IMG/VR virus record: IMGVR_UViG_3300046534_001250
Location: 1 to 64,000 of that record
Reading direction: 5' to 3' (one strand)
Length of the DNA stretch: 64,000 nt
From: a virus
Part shown: in pieces, positions 35,382 to 45,800 of the stretch
Layout of the letters: each line of letters begins with the position of its first letter
How positions within the stretch are numbered: the stretch's first letter is position 1
Position numbers and translations under genes: made by a program
Notes under the pieces: model-generated
What the model saw: the letters and a program-made list of their open reading frames with translations, nothing else
Database searches by the model: none
What the model was told of the DNA's origin: nothing

Positions 35382-37795
35382 TGATGTATATCACAAACGC
35401 AGAGGACCTAGCAGCGGAATTAAAACCACGACTACGAGATTACCTCACTAAGACACTGGGTCCAGAGTATGGGCATAACACATTTAAGTGTTATGTCCAT
35501 GACGACAATAGCCCGTCAATGAAGTACAACCCCAAGGTCAATGACGAGGCGGTTCATTGCTTTGGCTGTGGAGTTACTCACGATATCTTTGCAGCAGCAG
35601 CTTACATTGAAAGCTTACCAGATAGCGGTAGCGACTGGATAAAGGTAACACTTCCTGCCCTGGCAGAGAAGCTAGGCGTAGAGGTAGTCTACGGGGACCC
35701 AACTGTAGAAGAACAGCAGAAACTTAAACTCTTTAAGATGGCTAGTGATATCGCTACTATCTTAGAAGACCATGGTGGAGCTGAAGAATACTGTAAAGTT
35801 CGTGGATGGTCTAACGATCATCTAACAATTGCTTCTATTGCTCCTGAAACCATTAAGAGCAAGCTGCTTGAACAAGGGTGGAGTTTCGAAGACATACTGG
35901 AAAGTAATCTGGTAGAGCACAACAACCTTCAGTTCTTTGGTTCTGAAAAAGTTACGTTTGTTGTCAAAGATTTCCGTGGTAGACCCGTTGGATTTGTTAG
36001 CAGGAATCCTACTGGTGATAGACGGTATATCAATAGCTACGATAGCACTATCTACAAGAAGGGCTCTACTCTACTTGGTATCCGTGTTGCTCTTAAAACA
36101 GCTAAGACTAATGGTCTCTATATTGTTGAGGGTCCTGGTGACCTTGCCGCTCTTCACAAGATTGGCGTCTTGAACGCTGTTGCCATTTGTGGCACAGCTT
36201 TTACTGCTGACCATTTGGCTCTCATTCGTTTGCTTGGTATCAAGGAACTTCACTTCTGTCTCGATTGGGATGAAGCTGGAGAGAAGGGTACTCAACAACT
36301 ACTACAGAAAGAAATTAAATTCGCTAAGGATATTCGGTGTTTTGTTGTGCCAGCTCCTGGAGAAGTTACAGATGTAAGTGACTTGCTAGCTACTGGTGCT
36401 ACTGCCCTTCCAGATAGCATTCCGGCTTTCGAATGGATGATTGGCCGACTACAAGACCAACTAGAACCTGCTGAACTATGTGAACAGATGGTAGCTGTTA
36501 TCTCAGCTGAGCCTACTGCTGTGCGACGAGAAATCTTCGCAGGTAAGCTCTCTAAGATGGTTGGCATATCCATTGTGAGCATCAACCACGATATCGAATT
36601 CATTAGGGACAACAAGCAACAGGATCGTAAGAACCAATTGCTTGGAGCGGCTGAACGATTCAACCTAGCAGTTGATGATGATCCTACCAGTATCATGAGC
36701 TGTATGGCTTCGTTGGAAAACGACATTGATACAATTGAAAAAAAGTTCTCTAAGGGATCTATTGGCGCCAGCTATCAGATCAACAAGTACAATGCCCTGC
36801 AAGAAGCTAAGAAAGAAGAAAGTAAACGAGATGAAGCCAGTGGCTTTCAGATGAATTACTTTACTAACATTCATAGAGCGTTTTCTGGCGGTGTACGTTG
36901 GAACTACGGTGTTCTAATATATGTTGGTGGCCGGCAAAATAGTGGGAAAACCGCTACCGTCATTGGTATCGGTCTCGATGTTGCACTAAGTGACCCAGAT
37001 ACTATTGTGCTTATGCACTTTACTGATGATAACTTTGCACAGGTAGAGCCACGGATTAAAACCAATATTGCGTTAATGCAGTTCGGAAAAGAACTACATA
37101 TCGCTGAGGCTGATAACCCGTACGTCAACATCAAGACGCCAGAACAAGCTGCGATACATGCTGATGCTGATACAAGCTTTAGAAACCTCATTGAAAACGA
37201 AAAGTTAGTAATCATCGATAGTGAAGACGGCAACACTCTTGGTATTCTTGAGAAGAACCTGCGGTATCTGCGAGGCAGGCATCCAGACAAAAAGATTCTT
37301 GTAATTGCTGACAACACTCACAACTACATGGACTTTCTGACTCTCGACCAGAACACACGTATGCGACGCATCAGTATGATGCAAAAAGCTTTTACCAATA
37401 AGTACCGTTGTACTATGTTCGCTACAGCTGAGTACAGAAAGAATGCTTCTCCCAATAAAGAAGAGATGCGTTTACCTGTAGATGATGACCTAGCTGATGC
37501 TCGGTCGTTAATGTATCTGCCCAATGGAATCATTCATGTTTACAATGACTTGAATGACCGGGGTGTAGAGCATGCTGAGATTATGTGGCACCGCCGTATG
37601 GGCGGAGAGCCACAAGCACGACTTATGCTGTGTGTTACTAAGAACAAGATTAATGGCTGGAAAAATAAGCTTATCTTGGACTTGGATAACAAGGTGGTTG
37701 GTGTCCGACCATTCGATGCTGATGAAGCTCGTAGGCAAAGCCAAAACCTAGGACAGGGTAAAGGCACAACCATAGACATAGGAAAGATTCAATGA
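35381..37795 (+). CDS. DNA primase-helicase (CHC2 Zn finger, TOPRIM, DnaB-like)
   Basis: CYVHDDNSPS..HCFGCG; YINS; IVEGPGD; LDWDEAG; GGRQNSGKT. Confidence 0.92.
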   Translation: MMYITNAEDLAAELKPRLRDYLTKTLGPEYGHNTFKCYVHDDNSPSMKYNPKVNDEAVHCFGCGVTHDIFAAAAYIESLPDSGSDWIKVTLPALAEKLGVEVVYGDPTVEEQQKLKLFKMASDIATILEDHGGAEEYCKVRGWSNDHLTIASIAPETIKSKLLEQGWSFEDILESNLVEHNNLQFFGSEKVTFVVKDFRGRPVGFVSRNPTGDRRYINSYDSTIYKKGSTLLGIRVALKTAKTNGLYIVEGPGDLAALHKIGVLNAVAICGTAFTADHLALIRLLGIKELHFCLDWDEAGEKGTQQLLQKEIKFAKDIRCFVVPAPGEVTDVSDLLATGATALPDSIPAFEWMIGRLQDQLEPAELCEQMVAVISAEPTAVRREIFAGKLSKMVGISIVSINHDIEFIRDNKQQDRKNQLLGAAERFNLAVDDDPTSIMSCMASLENDIDTIEKKFSKGSIGASYQINKYNALQEAKKEESKRDEASGFQMNYFTNIHRAFSGGVRWNYGVLIYVGGRQNSGKTATVIGIGLDVALSDPDTIVLMHFTDDNFAQVEPRIKTNIALMQFGKELHIAEADNPYVNIKTPEQAAIHADADTSFRNLIENEKLVIIDSEDGNTLGILEKNLRYLRGRHPDKKILVIADNTHNYMDFLTLDQNTRMRRISMMQKAFTNKYRCTMFATAEYRKNASPNKEEMRLPVDDDLADARSLMYLPNGIIHVYNDLNDRGVEHAEIMWHRRMGGEPQARLMLCVTKNKINGWKNKLILDLDNKVVGVRPFDADEARRQSQNLGQGKGTTIDIGKIQ

Positions 37796-37891
37796 CAATT
37801 AAAGATTCCGTACTAGGCATTCTGCCTGAGATTCAACGACGGCAAGAAGTAATGCAAAAGCGCAATGAAACAAAAGCAAAGGAGAAGCGAA

Positions 37892-38083
37892 ATGAGAAGT
37901 CTAAAGCTGGGTGAAGAAGTAGAGAGCGATGGGCGTAAAGCGTACGTAGCTCGATGCGACCAAGTGCTATTCGTAGGTGAAACAATCGTTCACGAAGGCA
38001 CTAATAAAATCGTCACAGAGGTTCGTCGCCTTTCAGACGGACCTCCCGCTCTTCAACAATGGGCCTTGGTATTCCTGGAGTAG
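37892..38083 (+). CDS. Small hypothetical protein
   Basis: AAGGAG RBS. Confidence 0.55.
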   Translation: MRSLKLGEEVESDGRKAYVARCDQVLFVGETIVHEGTNKIVTEVRRLSDGPPALQQWALVFLE

Positions 38084-38085
38084 AC

Positions 38086-38355
38086 ATGGACTTTGAAGAA
38101 GTGGTGGATTGGATATCGACTCTAGCGCCAATGTTTAAATACGAAGTTAAAGCAACTTGGCTATCTAGAAGTGAAGTAATCAGGTTAGACATGTATCATC
38201 GTAATGTAGCTGAGGATACGCTAATCCATCTACACAGTAGTTACACGCTGGAGTTTTTACGCTACGGCAAGCCAAAAGAAACATTGATTGAAAGGCTCTT
38301 GGAGCTAACCCGAGAAATGAATAGAGAAATTAGAGGTTCATATGGAATCGGTTAA
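38086..38355 (+). CDS. Small paralog A
   Basis: FEEVVDWI...Y.V motif, GGAG RBS. Confidence 0.6.
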   Translation: MDFEEVVDWISTLAPMFKYEVKATWLSRSEVIRLDMYHRNVAEDTLIHLHSSYTLEFLRYGKPKETLIERLLELTREMNREIRGSYGIG

Positions 38356-38806
38356 CTTCCCAAGCTGGCCACATGACAGCTCCTGCCAATGCCCTGGAGG
38401 ATATCCTCCCTGCTCGTATTGTGTAGAGGAACCACTCTGTAGTCGCTGTGACAATAGAGGTAGAGACGTTGGTGAAAAAGGCTGGACAGAGATCAATGGC
38501 GATCTATTTTGCCAGGCGTGTTCTAAAGAAAATAGATTGCTATTTAACGAAGTAAAATGGATCAACAGCTTATGTCTGCCGCTTAAGTACAATACCTCAG
38601 CCGAAATGACTGGCGGATTCTTACGGATTGCAGTCAAACGTTACGACACACTAAGCAACAGAAGGTATAGCCGCTCTATGCTGCTCGAACCCAATAAGCT
38701 TTCGATGAACATTCGTAAAGATCTGCTTTTGGATACAATCAACAACCTGCATAAAAACATAGATGCCTACTTAAGAGACAAACTTTATGAACCTAACAGA
38801 AGCTAG
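38342..38806 (+). CDS. Cys-rich Zn-finger protein fused to paralog domain B
   Basis: CQC..PPCSYC, CSRC, CQAC; then FNEVKWI..L.Y. Confidence 0.65.
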   Translation: MESVNFPSWPHDSSCQCPGGYPPCSYCVEEPLCSRCDNRGRDVGEKGWTEINGDLFCQACSKENRLLFNEVKWINSLCLPLKYNTSAEMTGGFLRIAVKRYDTLSNRRYSRSMLLEPNKLSMNIRKDLLLDTINNLHKNIDAYLRDKLYEPNRS

Positions 38807-39062
38807 AGATTGGGTTGCTGATTGGGATATGGCTTGTGAATACACGGTTAATCCGACGATCAACCCAGCAGGTACCAGACTAGCCTTAAGGGTTCATCAC
38901 GTCATGCCTAATGGCAAACGTTTTGGTCTATGCTGTTGGTTTTGCGAAAATGATTTTGCACGGCAACCAGCTAAGCCATTAATGATTAAGTGGCTGGCAG
39001 ATATGATTTCCAGAATCGACTCTATGGTTATGACTACTGAGCAAAATACAAAAGAAGGATAA
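38787..39062 (+). CDS. Small paralog C
   Basis: LTEARDWV...Y.V. Confidence 0.6.
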   Translation: MNLTEARDWVADWDMACEYTVNPTINPAGTRLALRVHHVMPNGKRFGLCCWFCENDFARQPAKPLMIKWLADMISRIDSMVMTTEQNTKEG

Positions 39063-39063
39063 T

Positions 39064-40182
39064 ATGAAAATACATGCCCTACCGATACTCTATGCTAAGA
39101 GTTCTACTGGTAAGATTAAGCAGTGGGCGGTGTGCGCAAGCCACAACCCAGAACTAGAATACGGAACTGTGAGTACGGCTTATGGGTACGTAGATAGCAA
39201 GACACAGGCCACTGAGAAGCGCGCCTATCCTAAAAACGTAGGCAAGTCCAACGAGACTACTCCGTTTGATCAGGCGCTGTCACAGGCTCAAAGCTCATGG
39301 AATAGCAAGGTAGATAAGGGATACGTTACCCACGTAGATCTTATCCTTGATCCCAGGGACGTTAAAAACTTCCTGTGTATGCTAGCCGAGAAGCACATTG
39401 AAAGGTTTCAAGATCTAGTGTTCCCAGCGCTCTTGCAGCCAAAGCTTAATGGCTGTCGAGCTATCGCTAAAAAGCGAAATGGCGTTGTAACTATGTGGAG
39501 TAGAACAGGTAAACCCTGGGTTCACTGCCACGAAATTATAGCCGAGCTAACTGACTTACTGGAAGAAGGGCGATCTACAGACGGAGAACTTTACGTTCAC
39601 GGCTGGACACTACAAGCTATCAACCGTGCTATCAAGACCCGTAATGACAACACTCTGCTTCTCGAATATCATGTATATGATTTTCCAAACAACGAAACAT
39701 TCGAAGTACGAGAACAAAGAATCCCTGCATCAACTGGCAGGATTCATCACGTAGAACTTCAAACCATTAAAAGCGCAGAAGCGGTACAAGAAGCCCTACA
39801 AGCTTTCTTAGATCGTGGCTACGAAGGAATGATGATTCGCAACAAGCTTGGGTTATACAAGTATGGTGGGTATCGTTCAGTTGATCTACAGAAGTGTAAA
39901 TTGTTTCATGATGCTGAGTTCAAAGTCATTGGCGTCAAAAGCGCCACTGGTAAAGACCGAGGAACTGCTGTCTTTAAGTGCATAACCAAAGAAGGCAAAG
40001 AGTTTGATGTGCGCCCAATGGGTACACGCCCAGAACGTAAAGAGTACTTCGATAACTTCGAAGACAAATATAATGGAGAGTACCTTACAGTAAGGTACCA
40101 AGAACTTTCTGAAGCAAACATCCCTACTATTGTTACGGGCTTATGTTTTCGACTAGCAGAAGATTTACCGGAGCAGCAGTAA
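39064..40182 (+). CDS. ATP-dependent DNA ligase
   Basis: QPKLNGCR (motif I), DGELY, VYD, EGMMIR, RS.DLQK, LTVRYQEL. Confidence 0.92.
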   Translation: MKIHALPILYAKSSTGKIKQWAVCASHNPELEYGTVSTAYGYVDSKTQATEKRAYPKNVGKSNETTPFDQALSQAQSSWNSKVDKGYVTHVDLILDPRDVKNFLCMLAEKHIERFQDLVFPALLQPKLNGCRAIAKKRNGVVTMWSRTGKPWVHCHEIIAELTDLLEEGRSTDGELYVHGWTLQAINRAIKTRNDNTLLLEYHVYDFPNNETFEVREQRIPASTGRIHHVELQTIKSAEAVQEALQAFLDRGYEGMMIRNKLGLYKYGGYRSVDLQKCKLFHDAEFKVIGVKSATGKDRGTAVFKCITKEGKEFDVRPMGTRPERKEYFDNFEDKYNGEYLTVRYQELSEANIPTIVTGLCFRLAEDLPEQQ

Positions 40183-40469
40183 TGAATGAAAGATCACAGT
40201 ACGAAGAGCTAGGCAGAGCATTGGCTAATGGGCCGCTAACAGCAGACCTAGGCGATATTAAACTCCGGGCAACTGATGAGCCTTCAGTCGAGGTACAAGA
40301 TGGATCCCATGTGGTGGGGCAAAGGGTTATTGCTGGCGGCAAGACTTACGAAGTTACTGATATTGAAAACATTTACTATCAGTACTACAACGAAATAACA
40401 GATGAAACAGATGGGCTATCTGGCATAACCAGATACTATAGCCAAGTACTAACGATGAGAGAAGTATAA
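40182..40469 (+). CDS. Hypothetical protein
   Basis: TAATG coupling both ends. Confidence 0.6.
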   Translation: MNERSQYEELGRALANGPLTADLGDIKLRATDEPSVEVQDGSHVVGQRVIAGGKTYEVTDIENIYYQYYNEITDETDGLSGITRYYSQVLTMREV

Positions 40470-41059
40470 TGACGAGAGTACACTTGTGTGTAGACCTAGA
40501 GACCCTAGCGATCTCAACCGATGCAGTAATCCTTGCTATCGGTATCACAGCTTGGAACGAAGGTGAGCAGGAGCCATTTGATGGCATCCACTTACGTATC
40601 GACCCTGAGCAACCGGGTAGACGTATCGACCCACAGACTTTAATTTGGTGGCTCAAGCAAGACCAGGCAGCTGTTGACGCAGCCTTTATTGATGGCAAAC
40701 AAGGTAACGCCGAACAAGCTTACAAGTATATCCAGGACTGGATTAAAGACATGAATGTTGTGGGAGTTTGGGCAAACGATCCAAGCTTTGACATTGCTAA
40801 ACTAAATGACTTCTTCGGCAAGCAAGCGTTTTACTTCCGAGCTACTCGATGCTGTCGTACAGCGCTATCTGCGTTAAAGACCATGGGCTTCAATAAAGAG
40901 CTTGATGCGCTCCCCCAGGGGCAGAAGCATCATGCCCTAGCAGATGCTGAATACAGCGCCTCGATCGTTAGACTATACATGGAAAAGGTATTGCGAATCC
41001 CAAACATTCCCCAGCCAGAACCAGCTCACCACAAAGCGTGGAGGGACTATGAAGTCTGA
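40469..41059 (+). CDS. DEDDh 3'-5' exonuclease
   Basis: VDLETL; WAN..SFD; HHALADA. Confidence 0.88.
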   Translation: MTRVHLCVDLETLAISTDAVILAIGITAWNEGEQEPFDGIHLRIDPEQPGRRIDPQTLIWWLKQDQAAVDAAFIDGKQGNAEQAYKYIQDWIKDMNVVGVWANDPSFDIAKLNDFFGKQAFYFRATRCCRTALSALKTMGFNKELDALPQGQKHHALADAEYSASIVRLYMEKVLRIPNIPQPEPAHHKAWRDYEV

Positions 41060-41219
41060 TAACTCTGACCCAGAAATCTACGTCGAACTAGACGAACACG
41101 AGAGCAAGCACTCATACTTTCAATTGACAGTGGGACCATGTCGATGGTCCGAGCTAGATGAAGTAACAATCGCGGTACTTAAAGCCTTGGGGTATTCGCT
41201 TGAAGGATCAAGAGACTAA
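41049..41219 (+). CDS. Small hypothetical protein
   Basis: GGAGGG RBS before MKSDN. Confidence 0.5.
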   Translation: MKSDNSDPEIYVELDEHESKHSYFQLTVGPCRWSELDEVTIAVLKALGYSLEGSRD

Positions 41220-41221
41220 CA

Positions 41222-41512
41222 ATGAGCGAAAAGGATATCTCGTCCAAAGTAATGCAGCTGCCTTGCGGGCCCAGCTCTTTCAGGGGATACAATTCCGATA
41301 TAACACACAGTTGCGAAGTGTTTGAAGAAGATTGGAAGGAAATGTTCATCGGAATGCTCTGCTCTTTTGACTGTCAAAAATACACTGTTATATCGCTAAC
41401 AGCCATTAGCGAAAGATACCCTCTCTATTTAATAGGGACAGCTAAGTCTCTCGATCTTGTCCAAGGGCGAACCTCATATATTATAATGCTAAGAGAAAAC
41501 AATGAATACTAA
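41222..41512 (+). CDS. Hypothetical protein
   Basis: Co-oriented ORF. Confidence 0.5.
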   Translation: MSEKDISSKVMQLPCGPSSFRGYNSDITHSCEVFEEDWKEMFIGMLCSFDCQKYTVISLTAISERYPLYLIGTAKSLDLVQGRTSYIIMLRENNEY

Positions 41513-41693
41513 AGAATTAATCGCATACCTGCAGGGTATGGTTACAGACCTTCGTACGGAGCGTGTGACAGAGTCAAGCGAAATGTACGAAGCAGGCGTG
41601 GCTTCAGGTAGAAACTTCGAAGCCAGAGAAATTGCAAACGACATCGAGCATATGCTCAGTTTACACCACGATGTAAAACGAGAGGAATGGTAA
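41502..41693 (+). CDS. Small hypothetical protein
   Basis: Co-oriented ORF. Confidence 0.55.
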   Translation: MNTKELIAYLQGMVTDLRTERVTESSEMYEAGVASGRNFEAREIANDIEHMLSLHHDVKREEW

Positions 41694-42070
41694 TGGAAAC
41701 CGTACAAGAAGTAGAAACAATCACAACCGAAAAGCTTCAAGCATGTATTGATTCGATGCAGCGACGAAATGGTATTGAGCAGTACGTCCAGGTGACGATC
41801 GAACCGACACCAGATAGCCACCCAATCCACAAGATTAAGGTCGCTATCACTATCCCTGCTTTTGAACAGGGTGCTGAACCCATTAAGGTCAGCAACTCAA
41901 CGTTTGTTCTGTACAAGACACGGATGCAAACTGTGAGGAACACAATCGAGCACGCTTACAAGAGCGCAGTTCATCAGCTCACAAGCAATCTGGACTTTCC
42001 AATCGAATCTAATACCAGCATTAAATACCACATCGGTTACACAACAAACCCAGTGCATAATGGACAATAG
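41687..42070 (+). CDS. Hypothetical protein
   Basis: GAGGA RBS. Confidence 0.6.
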   Translation: MVMETVQEVETITTEKLQACIDSMQRRNGIEQYVQVTIEPTPDSHPIHKIKVAITIPAFEQGAEPIKVSNSTFVLYKTRMQTVRNTIEHAYKSAVHQLTSNLDFPIESNTSIKYHIGYTTNPVHNGQ

Positions 42071-42302
42071 ATATTACATCACTATTGTCAAAACTAGGGG
42101 TGGAGATACCTACACCATCCTGTGGAGAGGCTACCCCGATGACAAACTGCTTCATCATTGGCTGTGGAATAATATTCCAGGTGCGTTCTACAACGACACC
42201 TTTTATGGCACTTGGGAAACCGCAAAAGCAGAGGCTGTGTGGGAAGACACAATTTACCCAGCCGGCACATACCCACCACCCGGCATCAACTGGGATATAT
42301 AA
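42060..42302 (+). CDS. Small aromatic-rich hypothetical protein
   Basis: Co-oriented ORF. Confidence 0.55.
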   Translation: MDNRYYITIVKTRGGDTYTILWRGYPDDKLLHHWLWNNIPGAFYNDTFYGTWETAKAEAVWEDTIYPAGTYPPPGINWDI

Positions 42303-42316
42303 CCCCCGAGAGAATA

Positions 42317-42538
42317 ATGAATAAAGAAGCAGACGTTATTTACGTTGAAGACCTTCTTGAATCAGACGACCCTGTCGACCAAATAGAAGGTAAGATTATG
42401 CTTGCGCTCATGGAACGCTTAGGCCTTGATGAGATTGATCCAAGTCGGCTGGACGTAAAGCATACTGAGACATCATACCCAGAAGGTAATCTTCTAGTAG
42501 AAACCAAAATCGAATATAAAGAGAGAAAAAATGAATAG
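42317..42538 (+). CDS. Small acidic hypothetical protein
   Basis: MNKEADV start; overlaps thyX start. Confidence 0.55.
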   Translation: MNKEADVIYVEDLLESDDPVDQIEGKIMLALMERLGLDEIDPSRLDVKHTETSYPEGNLLVETKIEYKERKNE

Positions 42539-43607
42539 AGAGGAACTACTCGCCAAACATGGTGAGCTTAGAAAGATTGGAACTGATGGTCATGTGCGAC
42601 TAGTAGATGTGATGGGCGATGATGCAGCAATTGTCCAGGCAGCACGAGTCAGTTACGGCAAAGGAACGAAGACAATCAATGAAGACCGGGGACTCATCCG
42701 GTACTTGATGCGTCATCGACACACCACGCCTATGGAAATGTGTGAGATTAAACTCCACATTAAGATGCCTATGGACAGTCATCGACAGCAAATTCGTCAC
42801 CGAACTTTCAGCGTAAATGAATATAGTACGCGTTACAGCGAAGCTATGGACTGCAGAGAGGTTACACCAGTAGAAGGGTGGAGGCTCCAGAGCCGAAACA
42901 ACAAGCAGGGATCCGCAGGGTTCATGATTGATGCTGACGAAGCGCACCTTGAGGGCAACATGCTCTCTGGTGTAGAGGTCGCAGATAGGCTATCAGCCCG
43001 AGAGCTAGAACTACATGAGCTATCTAATGCCGTGTACCAAGAGCGTCTAGCTGCTGGTGTTGCTCGTGAACAAGCTCGTAAGGATTTGCCGCTTAGTACT
43101 TATACAGAGTACTACTGGAAGGGCAACCTCCATAACTTGTTCCATTACCTAAGTCTACGTATGCACTCTCACGCTCAAAAAGAGATTAGAGAATTTGCGG
43201 AAGCTATCTATGATATAGTACAAGACTGGGTACCTATTGCAGTCGAAGCGTTTAAGGACTATCGTCTTGAAGCCAGTGGTTTCAGTGGTCCTGAATTGCG
43301 GATCCTAAAGACTCTGTTATCAACCAACCATGGCGAACTTATCCAACACGTTGACTACGACTACCCAGAGGGCGATGACGAGTTTGAACAGTTTTATGCC
43401 GAAGTGGCTTTTACAACTGGGCTCAAGACTGGACTAGCAAAAGAAGGCTGGTATCTTTTTTCTGCTAAAGACGGGAAGGCAGAGCTTCGCAGGCCCAGAA
43501 CCGTACACGACTTAACACAAGATGAACGTATTGGGTTCATGGAAGATGAAGGAGTAAGTAATGCAAGAGAACGAAGAGAATTCTGGGTTAAGCTCGGAGT
43601 TGTGTAA
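42531..43607 (+). CDS. thyX: FAD-dependent thymidylate synthase
   Basis: AARVSY; H.TP.E; RHRTFSVNEYSTRY; AREQAR..LP; HAQKEIR. Confidence 0.96.
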   Translation: MNREELLAKHGELRKIGTDGHVRLVDVMGDDAAIVQAARVSYGKGTKTINEDRGLIRYLMRHRHTTPMEMCEIKLHIKMPMDSHRQQIRHRTFSVNEYSTRYSEAMDCREVTPVEGWRLQSRNNKQGSAGFMIDADEAHLEGNMLSGVEVADRLSARELELHELSNAVYQERLAAGVAREQARKDLPLSTYTEYYWKGNLHNLFHYLSLRMHSHAQKEIREFAEAIYDIVQDWVPIAVEAFKDYRLEASGFSGPELRILKTLLSTNHGELIQHVDYDYPEGDDEFEQFYAEVAFTTGLKTGLAKEGWYLFSAKDGKAELRRPRTVHDLTQDERIGFMEDEGVSNARERREFWVKLGVV

Positions 43608-43776
43608 GTGTTGTAGCTTAGGCTTCATCGACGCATTCGAAGATAAGGACTTTCGATATTACAACTGTGCTCGTGGCTACATAACCAAGATGCCATTGCG
43701 GCAAAAGTGTGAAGGCTGTACCTGCGAAGGAGTTGTTAAACCATTCTGCGATAAGCCAGTTCCGACGGTAGAATAG
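43561..43776 (+). CDS. Small Cys-rich protein
   Basis: Multiple Cys; followed by terminator. Confidence 0.45.
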   Translation: MQENEENSGLSSELCKCCSLGFIDAFEDKDFRYYNCARGYITKMPLRQKCEGCTCEGVVKPFCDKPVPTVE

Positions 43777-43793
43777 CATGCTAGACAAAGCCT

Positions 43794-43827
43794 TAGCCCT
43801 CCCACTTACGGAGGGCTATTCTTTTTT
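43794..43827 (+). terminator. Intrinsic terminator
   Basis: TAGCCCTCC-CACTTAC-GGAGGGCTA-TTCTTTTTT. Confidence 0.75.
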
Positions 43828-44099
43828 AAAGACAGCCAGTTGCAAGATAACTAAATTCGCTTTCAGAGAAGACCTATCCAATAGCGATATCGCCTTTGGG
43901 TCTTTCAAAGCAAGAAGCTCGCCAGGTCACCACCCGACAAAGCTGGTGCTAACTTTTGAGAACAGGCTTGATAGGTACACTGTTACGTTCTCAAAGATAT
44001 CGATATATTCAGTATTCAGAAAAAGCCACTTACAACCTGCAGAATTTAGTTTTAAAAGCCCACCCCCAACGATAGAACACCACAGCTACAGGAAGAAAG

Positions 44100-44456
44100 A
44101 TGACTAACACACAAGGCGGTAGAGCCTACCCAAAATATGTAAAAAAGACCTGGGGTAGTGAACGACATTACAAAAACGACGAGCAGTACTGCATGAAGCT
44201 TTTACACATTGAAGATAGAGGAAGCACTTCAATGCACTTCCATCGAGATAAGCATGAGACACTTCTGGTTGTTAGCGGGTTACTTACTTTGACTATCACT
44301 CATGACAATTGCAAGTACGTGCATATCTTAAAGCCAGGAGATGCCTGGGATATGGTTCCAGGCATGATACACACACTCGAAGCTAAGGCTGGTCCCGTCA
44401 ATATTGTCGAGGCTAGCACCTTCGATCATCCATCAGATACAGTGAGAACCAAATGA
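44100..44456 (+). CDS. Cupin (sugar isomerase-like)
   Basis: VKKTWGSE; SMHFH..KHET; PG.IH.L. Confidence 0.82.
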   Translation: MTNTQGGRAYPKYVKKTWGSERHYKNDEQYCMKLLHIEDRGSTSMHFHRDKHETLLVVSGLLTLTITHDNCKYVHILKPGDAWDMVPGMIHTLEAKAGPVNIVEASTFDHPSDTVRTK

Positions 44457-44752
44457 AAGATAAGAACTATATTTGGGGCGTTTGGGCCCGGTCTAACAAG
44501 ACTTTTTACTACATGAACACAGGCGTACACTCTGTTAATAACCCAGTAGAAAGAGTATTGAATACTCTTATTGCAAGGGAAGTTATAGAGATGAAGCCTG
44601 GGCGGCAAGCCTTACATTCAGAACCATACAAGCTCTATACGCTTGCGCAGGCTGAGGAAAAGAAGTTCGAAATCGAAGTAATCCATCACAATAAGCTAGC
44701 CCAAGACTATGCCTCTACAAAAGAGAAGGCTAAATTGAGCGGATGGTCCTAA
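44453..44752 (+). CDS. Hypothetical protein
   Basis: ATGA overlap. Confidence 0.6.
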   Translation: MKDKNYIWGVWARSNKTFYYMNTGVHSVNNPVERVLNTLIAREVIEMKPGRQALHSEPYKLYTLAQAEEKKFEIEVIHHNKLAQDYASTKEKAKLSGWS

Positions 44753-45615
44753 TGCAACTAAACCGAGAGTTGATAGCAGGGGCAGTCGTTGCCGTACTGG
44801 CATTTACTCTCAGTTGGGGTATCCAAAGCCAGCTTGCGCAGGCTAGAGAGTCTGCTATTAGGGCTAGTTACTTAGCTCAAATTGGGGACGTGCAGGCGGA
44901 CATGGAAGTGGTACGTATTGACGAAGTCTCTTCAATAGAAGAGATCTTGGCAGAATCATTTTCCGAACGGCAGGACCTGCTAGACAGGATCGTCACCCTG
45001 AATGAAGATATTGAAGGCTTGAGGTTTGTAGCATCAACAAGAGGCTCACTTTTAGGAAGTGAGCCAGAACCTATAATCATCAGACGCAATGAATTGCCAC
45101 CAGAACACGTTTACGAGACTGGCGGGCTAACGATTGCAGAGTTCAAGGTAGAAGACCTTGGAGACACAGTTAGTTATTCGTTTCCAACCTACGACTTAGA
45201 AGTAGAGGCTTCCTTTGTGATAGGGGAGTCGAAAGCTTCCGTAGATGTTGTGGCTTGGACTAGCTTTGATCCAGAAACAAGAGTAAGGATTGCTCAAGAC
45301 AGCCAGGTCTTTGACTTGACTAAAGAGCATAAGGTGTTAACTCCTCAAATTGGTCTAGGTATTACAACGGGGTATCCCAGCGTGGCACCAAGCGGCAGTC
45401 TATGGTTTTCAACTATCCATCCGAACCCAAGTTTAGACTTAGCAGTGCTTAGATTCAGTGGCAATGCTGAAGCCTTAGCAATAGGTATCGACCCAATATC
45501 CTACAATGTAGGAAAGCCATTGCCTGTATTGACCAACTTGTGGATAGCTCCAGGGGTATCACTGGATACATTAGGCCGTATAAACGGCAACATAACAATA
45601 GGAGCTAAGCTATGA
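44743..45615 (+). CDS. Membrane-anchored protein: TM, coiled coil, beta-rich C-terminus
   Basis: LIAGAVVAVLAFTLSWG; alternating strands ending ITIGAKL. Confidence 0.65.
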   Translation: MVLMQLNRELIAGAVVAVLAFTLSWGIQSQLAQARESAIRASYLAQIGDVQADMEVVRIDEVSSIEEILAESFSERQDLLDRIVTLNEDIEGLRFVASTRGSLLGSEPEPIIIRRNELPPEHVYETGGLTIAEFKVEDLGDTVSYSFPTYDLEVEASFVIGESKASVDVVAWTSFDPETRVRIAQDSQVFDLTKEHKVLTPQIGLGITTGYPSVAPSGSLWFSTIHPNPSLDLAVLRFSGNAEALAIGIDPISYNVGKPLPVLTNLWIAPGVSLDTLGRINGNITIGAKL

Positions 45616-45800
45616 GCTACAGAACATACGACTATGTATGCAAAAACTTTGAATGCGAAAACCTTGATAAAGTTGACGAGCGTATGATTGAGTACGAAGA
45701 ACGAGACAGTGCAGAGTGTGAAAACTGTGGAGACACGATGAAGCGATTGCCTGCTGGTATACGTACTACTCATCATTCCTGGAGTACCTGGAGAATATAA
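45612..45800 (+). CDS. FmdB-like Zn-ribbon protein
   Basis: TYDYVC...C...CENCG..MKRL. Confidence 0.75.
   Translation: MSYRTYDYVCKNFECENLDKVDERMIEYEERDSAECENCGDTMKRLPAGIRTTHHSWSTWRI

Noticed and set aside
43778-44107. 109-aa ORF
   Set aside because: Its start overlaps a clear terminator hairpin and it has no RBS or motif; left uncalled
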